From Selaginella moellendorffii (Eukaryota > Plantae > Lycopodiophyta), in NCBI RefSeq assembly GCF_000143415.4, contig NW_003314289.1, forward strand, positions 1,048,787-1,112,786: a stretch of DNA of 64,000 nt. Direction: 5' to 3'. Both the position numbers and the translations under genes were made by a program. Below are positions 50,616-61,722 of this stretch, in pieces (position 1 is the first letter of the stretch; every line of letters starts with the position of its first letter). The notes below the pieces were generated by a model. It was not told the DNA's origin. It saw nothing but the letters and a program-made list of their open reading frames with translations, and did no database searches.

Positions 50616-52236
50616 CTATGTGTTCGATTTCTTCACCTGTGGAAAGGAAAAAAAGATCAAACAAAGAGAAAGAAGCGAACATTCAGTACCTTCTTCAGGT
50701 ATAACTTATGGAACTTGAGCGCTTTTTGGCACGCTCGGTATGCGTCTATCTTGCCGCTCATATCGTTCAGAGCCTGCGACGTATATTGTTACCAGGGAAA
50801 ATGAGGAAAAAAGGAAAGCATTAAACTGTTCCTCACCCTCACGACTTCGTCCAGGCCTTGAATTCTCTTTATAAACTTGGATCGTAGCAGCACCAAGATC
50901 CGGATGCTCGTTGAGGGCTCTTGCCGATCCATACCTCCAGCTCTATAGTCCGGCTGTACGTTGTCAATGTGACCATCCGGGGACTCCATGTAGAGAATTT
51001 GAAGGTCGGGATGGTACTCGAAAGCCCACATCATCTACAAAGAAAGAAAAGCTCGCGTGAGCGAAAGAACATAAACATTTGACAACGGTTGAACTTACCT
51101 CCCAGAGGCTGAGCGTATCAACAAACGAAAACTCCCGGCGAAAGTTAACCATGAGCATTCGAAACGCAAAAATATAGTTGCTCCCTCCAAGTGCCTCTAC
51201 AGAAAAAGGTCGGCAAACATCTTCATCTTCGAAATCCTCACCTAGAGTTCTATGAAGCTTTGGATCGATTACTCGCATGGCAGCTGCGAGGAAGGAGAGC
51301 TCCTTCTGAACCCCCATCATCTTATTCGTGCACCTGAAATTTTCCCGCTTGCCAACATCAAACGTGATAAAGTTCAATGAACGGTACTAAGTGATAGAAA
51401 ATCTTGAGAAGCGCTTTGCAAAAAACGTACCACTCGACGCATCAGGGACTTGAAGCACCAAAAGGCGTCAGCCTCGTCCGGGAAAAGGAGCACCATCGGC
51501 GAGCAAAGATCGCTCATACCTTGACAGTAGCCAACCTCCTCGTCGATCCAAGCGTACACTCCAGAGCTTTCCCAAGTTCTTGGGATCCTCGTAAAACTCT
51601 AAAACTCTATCCGTGCGAACTACATCCAGTCCTGCAAAGCGAAAGTGAGCTCTCTCTCTAGCACGCGAAACAGAAAAATAATCACACCAATCTGGTGGAG
51701 AAGAGCTTTCCACTGGACAATCTTTGCCCTCGGCGCTGGATCCAGCACAACTTTTCAATGGATTCTGCTAATACTTGGACTGAAAGTGAAAAGCCCGAAG
51801 CAAACAAAGAACTAAGCACCTGGATTATTTTCCTCCATGGGAACTCCGTCGGCATTCATTCGCGGCGATATCACAACTTCGCCACTTCCAACGGCCGCAT
51901 CCATTCGCTTTCACTCGGCCTTGAGCTTCAAATATTTGTCACTGTAAAAACCAACGCGGTTTCTCTCGCAGATAAAATCCAATCGATAAAACAGGCCAAA
52001 GTATCTACCGTCGCGATTGACGAAGCTCTTCCCTTTCGGCAGCATTGCTGCCGGGGGAGTAAACACCCAAAAGAAACTCCCAGACGTGAGCGCGAATCTC
52101 CGACGCAACGCCCTACAGGAAAGAAGAAGAGATTTCGCTACTGGAAATGCAGCACAAGATTTACCCCTCTTTCGATGTGCCGAAGAACTCGCTTCACATT
52201 GAGCCGCCCTTGCGCATCAAACGCAGCCCGCCATTT
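50616..52236 (-). pseudogene. TBC/Rab-GAP pseudogene copy 3
   Basis: TBC motifs present, with internal deletions and loss of the first exon. Confidence 0.82.
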
Positions 52237-52256
52237 CCACATTGAACTATGTTCCC

Positions 52257-53815
52257 ATGGACAAAGCCCGGGAGCTCATTCGATCGTGCAAAAGCCTTCC
52301 AATGGCCCAGGAGATCCACAAACGCATCCAGGCGAATCCACCACTCCCACCACACGAGAGCCTCTTTGTCTCCAACAATCTCCTCGCACTGTTTAACCAG
52401 TTTGGCAGCCTCGCAAATGCCCGAAGCGTCTTTGATCGCATCGAAAACAAGGATGTTTTCTCGCTGGTTCTTATGATCTGCGGCTACTCTCGCAGCGGGC
52501 AAGTTTCCATGGAAAAGCCATCTTTGATTCCGTACCCGAGAAGAATCTTACAAGCTGGAACGCTATGGTGGCAGCATATGCCAAGAATGGGTATCTGGAC
52601 GAGGCAGAACTTTTGTTTCAAGAGATGCCATTTCATGATGCCGTGTCATGCAATACGCTCATAGCTGCACACTCGCAAAGAGGGCATTTGGATACTGCGA
52701 AGGAGATCTTTGATGACATGCTTTTTAAAACTCTACCATGCTGGAATGCCATGCTATCTGCATATGCCACAGCTGGCATCTTGTACGAGCAAGACAGACA
52801 TTTCACTCGATGCCTGCTCGAAATCTGATCTCTTGGACATCATTCTTAAACGCACTAATCATGGAGGAAGATCTTCAAATGACTAGAAAGTGCTGGAAGC
52901 TCTCATCCAAAACGGTTGCCTCTTTGAAGCCAGCAATTTGTTCTCGCGGATGCCACAGCGGGATCTTGTGGCCTACACCGTAATGCAATCGGCCTATGTT
53001 CAAAACGGCGAGCTCGAGAGAGCCGTGGCCATCTTCACCTCCATGCCGCAGCGTGATCTCGTCGCTTGGAACGCCATGATCGGGGTTACTCCCAACACGA
53101 CCTAGTCGAGCAAGCAAAGCTTTTCTTTGATTCCATGGCCGAGAGAACTGGACCTCAATGCTCACGGCTTACACAATATGTGGCTACTTCTCGCAAGCAA
53201 AGCTCGTCTTTCTCGACATGTCCGAGCAAAACTCCGTCTCGTGGAATGCCATCCTTTGCATGTATGCTCAGCACGGCCATTTGAGCTCTGCAAGGAAGAT
53301 TTTCGATGCCATGCCCGAGCAAGGAGTGGTATCATGGAGCGCCATGCTCGCTGCCCAGGTAAGAAACTTGTCCTCTTCCCATGCTCTCGAGCTCTTTGAC
53401 GAGATGAAAGCTTTGCATTGTCCCGACGAAGCTAGCTTCTTCTCAGCTATGGTTTCGTTTGGGCAGCATCTCAAAAAAGCTTAATTAACTTTGCCATTTT
53501 GATGAACAACTTAAATTCACAAAAATGACTTTTTTGGGAAGAAATTCTTCTCCCAAATCGAACGAGCAAATCCACCATGCAAGAGTAGTGCTGCTTTGAT
53601 GGCGCCACTTCATAGTCGGCCACCATGGAACCAAAGCAATGGAGGCCGAGGAACTTGTGTTTGCCATGCCTTTTAAGCCCAGTAACTTGGAATGGTCGTG
53701 CTTGCTGCGTGAAAGAAACTCCAGTTCGACGTTAATCACCAGAGGCAAGCATGCTTTAAGATCAAGTTCCTCGGATGGAGCGGTTTACGTGCTGCTTGCC
53801 AATAGATTAACTTGA
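52257..53815 (+). pseudogene. PLS-class PPR pseudogene with deletions and an internal inversion
   Basis: Multiple frameshifts; ~53550-53640 is the reverse complement of PPR coding sequence. Confidence 0.88.
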
Positions 53816-55959
53816 AAGCTCTGTACATTAAAAAGATGTCTCATTTCAAGGGCTTTATTTCACAATGGCACTTGAGTAAGTTTTGGTTTTGCTATTGTGC
53901 TTCTATGTCTCCTTCAGTTTGGGTTGCCACATGGAAGAGGGCTGTGGTCGTTCTACGAGGCTGATGACCCCAATGCTTCTCCGCTTGCTCTTGCTCATGG
54001 AGGTTTTTGTTCAAGATAGACGCATCTATACTAGCAATACTAGCTTTGTACAAAAAGATCCAAAGAAGCTAGTTATTAATATTAGTGCTTGCTTCATTGT
54101 TTCAAAAAGTTGAGCGTCCACTAGATCTCTACCGCAAAGGAGGGCCATCCCAGCGAAGTGGTGGCAATGAACAAAGTCTAGGAATGCTGGCACCTCCAAT
54201 CCATCCGTGGACACCAAAGCTCTTGGTTAATAATCATCAAAGTAAATCCGTTTATACCCTCATTTATGATAAGCTTTTGCTCCTATACCAAAAGAAAGAA
54301 TCGGGATTTGGCTGCTCATACCAGAACAAAGATTGGCTTCCTTGCCATACCATACATTTGAGAACATAACCTTGGTTCATTATAGTCGATGTTCTAACTT
54401 GTCTGAATGATATATGTACTTCAGGCATCTACAGCACTTCAAATGTTCAAGGACAAAGGGGCCACACTGCAATCTCAGTCCTTGATTTCTAGCAACAAGG
54501 TAATGTATGCATAGAAAAACGAATACACACCTTTTGGTCTTGTACCACAATGGAGCCTTTCTCGCATGTACACCACAGCCCTCGGCTTCGCTCACCTCAA
54601 ACCCATATGTCAATTACCACTACCCACCCTGCCCATCGGGGCTGGGCTCTTTATTTTTATTATTATAGATTACTATTTTATTAAATTTTCTTAAATATCA
54701 AGAATGTATAATAAAAGATCCTCTTGCTATATAAAAACATCAGTTCAATGAGACAAAGTTTAAGAAATGTCACTCTTAAACTTTGTTTCTAATCAGTTTT
54801 AACGTTAATTGCATTTATTAAAAAGGCAACCTTCTTGTTGAGGTACCCCTCTCTCCCATTGTTGCCATCTTTTTGGATTTTCATAAAACCGCTATGAGGA
54901 GTTAGGGGCTTGGCGTTTAACAAGCCAAGTCAAAAGGAGCCAAATTTCCTCTGTCTTTTAAGTTTTGTAGCGCCCCTTTTACACCCCAAGCATTTGCATT
55001 GGTTGTGGCTAAATGCAACACTTTACGGCTAGGCTGATTTAGGGCCTAACTGCATTTTAGGCCCAGGTGGCGTGCGCTAGAGCCCCGGCTATTTGGCCCC
55101 CAACAGCGCCCGCCCTAATTATAAATTAAGAAAAAGTTCATAGTGTATTTTCCATTTAACAGAATATTCGGTCAACAGGGCTCGCTACACTTTTTACATA
55201 CAAAATCCATATTATCCTTTAAGTTAAAAGGATCCACATTGACAAATCTGTAACAACCTCAATGGAGGAGGACTCTCACAAGGGAGACACCATTCCCCAT
55301 CATTTCTCCTAATACACAATAGTTAGCATTTTAACATTAATGTCCAGTAGTATGCAAAATGTCTCAATCTAAATAAGTCATTAGGTGCTACTTTACATAT
55401 GCTAAATAGTATATTAGAATATATATTTAAAGACAAACCACTGTGATATATCAGAAACTAAATTGCATAAAAAAATAATAAAATGAAAGCAAACCACGTT
55501 CACAACAAAATATTAATACTAATGCCTTTTTTTTTAATTAAATTATTTTATTTTTAAATTGTGCTAGAGTTTATGGTTCACTTGCTCCTAAGAAAAATTT
55601 TACTTTCTGCATGAAGATGTCCACATATTTGTCTATGAAGAATGAGATTAGAAATAGATAGAAATGTTTCCTTATGAGATTATAGGGTATTATTTCAATG
55701 CTTACAAATAAAATATAAGCTTGATTCTGTTTATAATTTTTCAAGAAAACCAATTAATGACATGGTTAATTTAAACTGAATTATGTTTAAATGTTAAGAG
55801 GATTTAAACACATTTTTCCTGATTTGAAAGTTTCTTTTATTGTATCTTATTTGTGTTTTCCGATTGCAAGGCTCTACTTTAAACTTCATATTCTTATTAT
55901 CTTAATACATTAGAGCTTTGTAAAATATCAACGCTGTATAGCATAAAGGATATTCTTAG

Positions 55960-56252
55960 TCAAACGTCACTTTCCAGGAAGGACTCGGGATTTGCCTGCT
56001 TGGCTTCCTTGTTATAGAAGACGAAGGACTCGGGATTTGCCTGCTTCGCTTCCTTGTTATAGAAGAGGAAGGACTCGGGATTTGCCTGCTTCGCTTCATT
56101 GGTGTACATTACCTCTCCAGGCACTTGCTTTTCATTGTCCTTGAGTGTACGTAGTGCTGCAGCTGCCTGAAGTACATATATCATTCAGAAAGGTTAGAAG
56201 CAGAGATTGATCTCACCGTGAAAAACAAGAAGACTGTAATGAGCCACGCCAT
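55960..56252 (-). CDS. Burpitide-type precursor peptide 4 (80 aa; exons 56252-56217 and 56166-55960); cores FLFY and FVFY
   Basis: Same signal exon and intron as copies 1-3, only two repeats, ends FLESDV. Confidence 0.87.
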
Positions 56253-56622
56253 GGTTTCTATCAAAATGTGGTGTTCTCAGAAGAAAAACTTAGCAGCGCG
56301 CTCACGGGAAGAGGCAACTAAGGCGGCGGCAGTGGTGGAGAAGGAGGAGCTGTTCCTGGAGCCAGACTCGATTCCATGTCCTTTTATAGTAAAGCTCTAC
56401 TTTAAACTTCGTATTCTTATTATCTTAATACATTAGAGCTTTGCAAAATATCAACGCTGTATAGTACGAGATCCTTGTCTCCTAGCATAAAGGATCCAGC
56501 AAGTTGTCAATGAAAATTTAAGTTCGTCCTTATCTTTTATACATAGAAAAATACTGAACAAGTGGAACATCACACTAGCACAAGTTCATATGATAATTAT
56601 AGACTTTGCAATTCCAGAACCC

Positions 56623-57629
56623 ATGGCGGACACTTTGTTGGTTCTCATGTTCCTGGCATTATGTGTGGTAAGCTTCACGAATTTCATGACTCTTTCGAAT
56701 CAAATCCAACTGATTGTGCTCTCTGCCAGGGATACTTGGAGGGATTCCAACTTCCACGCTCCATTCGTGAGAGGCTATCGCCCCTTGACGACGCTTCAGC
56801 GCTGCACATCAAGCAGGAACTCCAAGCTTCCAGCAGGATATCACACGAGTCGTGCAAAGCCGCTGGTCTCTTGTGCGGTGATGAACATCACTCCCTTCGT
56901 CAGCTCTTTCACCACCACCATGACCATCACGACAGGAGCGCCATGGAATCCTCCACTCGAGATCTCGCCCAGAGGACCTTCTTTCAGCTCAAGACGCTTG
57001 TTGGTGCCAAGAACATACAGTTGCCACCGCCACTGCGCTGGGACAACTCCATCCCTGTGAGTAAATTCCTTCATCCGCTGCTAGAGCCTGTGCTTGCGTC
57101 CATGAATCTGTCCCAGCTCCTGTCCACCATGCACTTCTCGAGCCAGTCTCCATTCGCAGCGACGAGCAAGGATAGCCTGGAAATGTGCTCCTCCCACGGG
57201 GGGATCAAGCACGAGATCAAGGCTTGTCACGTCTCGGCAAAGTCCATCCTGGATCAAGCCTCTTCGACCCTCCACAAGCTCGACTTGAAGTATGTGGCCA
57301 ACACTCTGGAGTTTGATCCGAACGAACCATTCCAGGTGGTAGAGACGAGGGTGGTGGCTGCAGATGGATCTCTGGCCTGTCACCCCATGACTTTCCCATT
57401 CGCCATCTTCATGTGCCACACAATACCGAACAGTCTCGTGTTGGAGGTGGATCTACTGAGAAGTTCTTCCAAGAACACGAAGCCTGCCATGGTGAAAGTT
57501 CCTGCGGTTTGCCATATGGATACCTCTGATTTCGCGCCTTCTCATATCTCTTTTAAGATTCTTAACACCAGGCCGGGCGAGGGAGAGGTTTGTCACTGGC
57601 TTCCTACTTCTCATCTCGTGTGGTATTAA
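56623..57629 (+). CDS. Stand-alone BURP-domain protein 4 (314 aa; exons 56623-56667 and 56730-57629)
   Basis: Intact signal exon and all four CH motifs. Confidence 0.93.
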
Positions 57630-58579
57630 GCTCCAAGCCTGAATGCTAGAGTGAATGTATAGTAAAGTTTGATCACAAGGAGAATAACGATTATGTGGCA
57701 TTCCATGCCTCAAACGTCTTTTAATGAGCCAGCTTGAGACTGAGGATCTTCTTCGCAGCGCAAGAAAGAAGACGTGATCGACTCCAAGCTGAGCGTCCAC
57801 TAGATCTCTCATGAGGACCACAAAGGAGGGAGGGCCACAGTAATCCACATTTTTGTACGGGGCCGAGCTTGTGGGGCATCCGTGGACACCATAGTTTGGA
57901 GCCAGATTGTTATCCAAAGCTCCTGGCTAATAGCATTACATTGTGATGCTTCCCAAAGAAAGAATTGGGATTTGGCTGCTTGGCATCCTTCCATATCGGA
58001 ATAAAGCTTCAGGATTTGGCTTCCTTGCCATACCAGAAGAAAGACTCAGGTTTTGGGAACGTAACTTTTTGATAAAAGAACCATGGCTTGGTTCATTATA
58101 GTGCAATCTCATTCCTTGATTTCTAGCAACAACTTCAATGTACACCAAGAAAGCCTTAATATATTGTACACGTTTCTCAACTTTGCAGAACATCACCTTT
58201 TTAAAAGCTCAACAGGTTTCAACCTTGCAGGTCTCACCTTTGGAGAACTCAACTTTTCAGATCTCAACTTTGCAGGTCTCAACTTTGCAGGTCTCAACTT
58301 TTCAGATCTCAACTTTGCAGAATATTAACTTTTTAAAAGCTCAACAGACGTCAACCTTGCAGGTCTCAACTTTTCAGGTCTCAACTTTGCAGAATATTAA
58401 CGCTGTAAATTAAGAGATCCTTGTCTTCTAGCATAAGCGCAACTAGTGTCATTCAATCATCCATGTGAAACACCACTTTCCAGCAAGTTTTCAATGACAA
58501 TTTTGCAGACAAAGTTTAACAACGACGTCGACTCGTGCTCTACTTGTTTGGTATATTTCTACTTTAACTATAGACTTGG

Positions 58580-59325
58580 ACTCACGGTGTTTGGTTCTCG
58601 TATTATGTGTATTAAGATTGACAACTCTTACAATCAAATCAAAACAATTGTTCACGAGATTCCAACTTCCACCCTGAATCCATGGGACCCTTACGACGTT
58701 TCAGCTCTGGCTACCAGGCAAGAAATCAAAGCTTCCGGCAGGATGTGACGTGAGTCGTGCAAAGCTGCCGGTCTATTGTGTGGTGATGAACATCACTCCC
58801 TTCATCAGCTCTTTCACCAGCCAGATTCAGCGAAAGTGAATCATTTTTTGTACATTGGACCCAAACATTTTTCCACTTTGCACAACTCTGTGGGGATAAT
58901 AGGTTTTTGCACATTTGAAGGTAAGAATGCACGCTTGAGAGAGTGATTTTAAAATTTGGACATTCTTCAAACCCTGAGTGCAACCATTTCTGAAAAATCC
59001 TAAAGAATATTCTCCCACTGACTTTCATTTTTCTTAACACAACCAAATGATGACGTCATTATTTCGCCTTTTTGATTCTGGACGAACGTTTGGTGCAAGG
59101 ATAACCTGGCGATGTCCCAAGTCGCCGGGATCAAGCACCAGATCAAGTCTTATCACGTCTCCACAAAGTCCACTTCGACCCTTCCCAAGCTTGAGTTGGT
59201 GGAGACGAAGGTGGTGGCTGCATCGCCTGTCACCCCCTCACATCTCTTTTAAGATTCTAAACACCAGGCCCAGCGTGGTAGAGGTCTGTCACTGGCTTCC
59301 TACTTCTCATCTCGTGTGGTATTAA
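58580..59325 (+). pseudogene. Degenerate second BURP copy, unit 4
   Basis: Ends HISFKILNTRPSVVEVCHWLPTSHLVWY; central CH motifs deleted. Confidence 0.85.
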
Positions 59326-59662
59326 GCTCCAAGCCTGCCAGGAAATGGAATGCATGATCGAAGCAACTACATAAAATTACCTTGAGTGGTAATCCCTTGT
59401 GAGTGTGAGATCGATCACAAGGAAAATAAAGACGTTTATCGTTGTTCGTTTATCTCTTTGGATAGTTCCAACGCTAATCGAAAATAGATTGTGGAATAGA
59501 GTTCTCTTAGAGAGCGGCTACAAGGCAAACAAGGATAAACTTCTTCCGAGGTATAAATGCTTGCGAGAACCAGTCGACACCCCGTAACAGAATTAGATAC
59601 GAGATTTGCCCCGACCTTTGTTTCTGTCAAAGTTTCATTTCACTTATTTTAGATACTTGTTA

Positions 59663-61501
59663 CTATGTGTTCGATTTCTTCACCTGTGGAAAGAAAAAAA
59701 GATCAAACAAAGAGAAAGAAGTGAACATTCAGTACCTTCTTCAGGTATAACTTATGGAACTTGAGCGCTTTTTGGCACGCTCGGTATGCGTCTATCTTGC
59801 CGCTCATATCGTTCAGAGCCTGCGACGTATATTGTTACCAGGGAAAATGAGGAAAAAAGGAAAGCATTAAACTGTTCCTCACCCTCACGACTTCGTCCAG
59901 GCCTTGAATTCTCTTTATAAACTTGGATCGTAGCAGCACCAAGATCCCGGCTACAAAGAAAACTGCCAGGGACGGATGCTCGTTGAGGGCTCTTGGCGAT
60001 CCATACTTAATGTTCCGCTTTGCAAATCTACCTCCAGCTCTATAGTCCGGCTGTACGTTGTCAATGTGACCATCCGGGGACTCCATGTAGAGAATTTGAA
60101 GGTCGGGATGGTACTCGAAAGCCCACATCATCTACAAAGAAAGAAAAGCTCGCGTGAGCGAAAGAACATAAACATTTCACAACGGTTGGACTTACCTCCC
60201 AGAGGCTGAGCGTATCAACGAACGAAAACTCCCGGCGAAAGTTAACCATGAGCATTCGAAACGCAAAAATATAGTTGCTCCCTCCAAGTGCCTCTACAGA
60301 AAAAGGTCGGCAAAGACCTTCATCTTCGAAATCCTCACCTAGAGTTCTATGAAGCTTTGGATCGATTACTCGCATGGCAGCTGCGAGGAAGGAGAGCTCC
60401 TTCTGAACCCCCATCATCTTATTCGTGCACCTGAAATTTTCCCGCTTGCCAACATCAAACGTGATAAACTTCAATGAACGGTACTAAGCGATATAAAATC
60501 TTGAGAAGCGCTTTGCAGAAAACGTACCACTCGACGCATCAGGCACTTGAAGCACCAAAAGGCGTCAGCCTCGTCCGGGAAAAGGAGCACCATCGGCGAG
60601 CAAAGATCGCTCATACCTTGACAGTAGCCAACCTCCTCGTCGATCCAAGCGTATACTGCCAGGATGTCCCAGAGCTTTCCCAAGTTCTTGGGATCCTCGT
60701 AAAACTCTAAAACTCTATCCGTGCGAACTACATCCAGTCCTGCAAAGCGAAAGTGAGCACGCGAAACAGAAAAATAATCATACCAATCTGGTGGAGGAGA
60801 ACTTTCCACTGGACAATCTTTGCGCTCGGCGATGGATCCAGCACTCCATTTATTGTCTGCTCTTCAATGGATTCTGCTAATACTTGGACAGAAAGTGAAA
60901 AGCCCGAAGCAAACAAAGAAGTAACCACCTGGATTATTCTCCTCCATGGAAACTCCGTCGGCATTCATTCGCGGCGATATCACAACTTCGCCACTTCCAA
61001 CGGCCGCATCCATTCTCTTACACTCGGCCTTGAGCTTCAAGTATTTGTCACTGTAAAAACCAACGCGGTTTCTCTCGCAGATCAAATCCAATCGATAAAA
61101 CAAGCCAAAGTATCTACCGTCGCGATTGACGAAGCTCTTCCCTTTCGGCAGCATTGCTGCCGGGGGAGTAAACACCCAAAAGAAACTCCCAGACGTGAGC
61201 GCGAATCTCCGACGCAACGCCCTACAGGAAAGAAGAAGAGATTTCGCTACTGGAAATGCAGCACAAGATTTACCCCTCTTTCGATGTGCCGAAGAACTCG
61301 CTTCACATTGAGCCGCCCTTGCGCGTCAAACGCAGCCCGCCATTTCTCCGCCGAGAGCTTCCTCCGCCTCCGCCTCTAAATCGGTCAAACCACACAGATC
61401 GACACAAATCCAGCCGAGAATCCGTCACAAACCGGCGCGGAGCTCGTCGCCACATCCTGACACTCGCTCCGGACCCTGTAAATCTCGGAATCATCCTCCA
61501 T
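59663..61501 (-). CDS. TBC-domain Rab GTPase-activating protein (Gyp1/TBC1D15-like), most complete copy, multi-exon
   Basis: MEDDSEIYRVRSECQDV, TLSAEKWRAAF, DVVRTDR (R finger), YCQGMSD (Q finger), AFRMLMVNFRREFSF. Full splicing not verified. Confidence 0.72.
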
Positions 61502-61722
61502 AGAGAAGCCTTGCCTCTGCTCGCTCGTGCAGGCCAGCAGCGGCATCCTGCGCCTCACGGATCGCGCAGATCGACAGCCCGGCGCCTCCGCATTGCGTCG
61601 CGGAGCTCTACTAGAACCCTAAACTCTCGTTAAGTAATCGTACGAATATGCTCCATTCCTTGCTCCGGTTCGAATCGCGTAGCTAACGTTTAAGTTTTAT
61701 TCCACATTGTAACTATGTTGCC

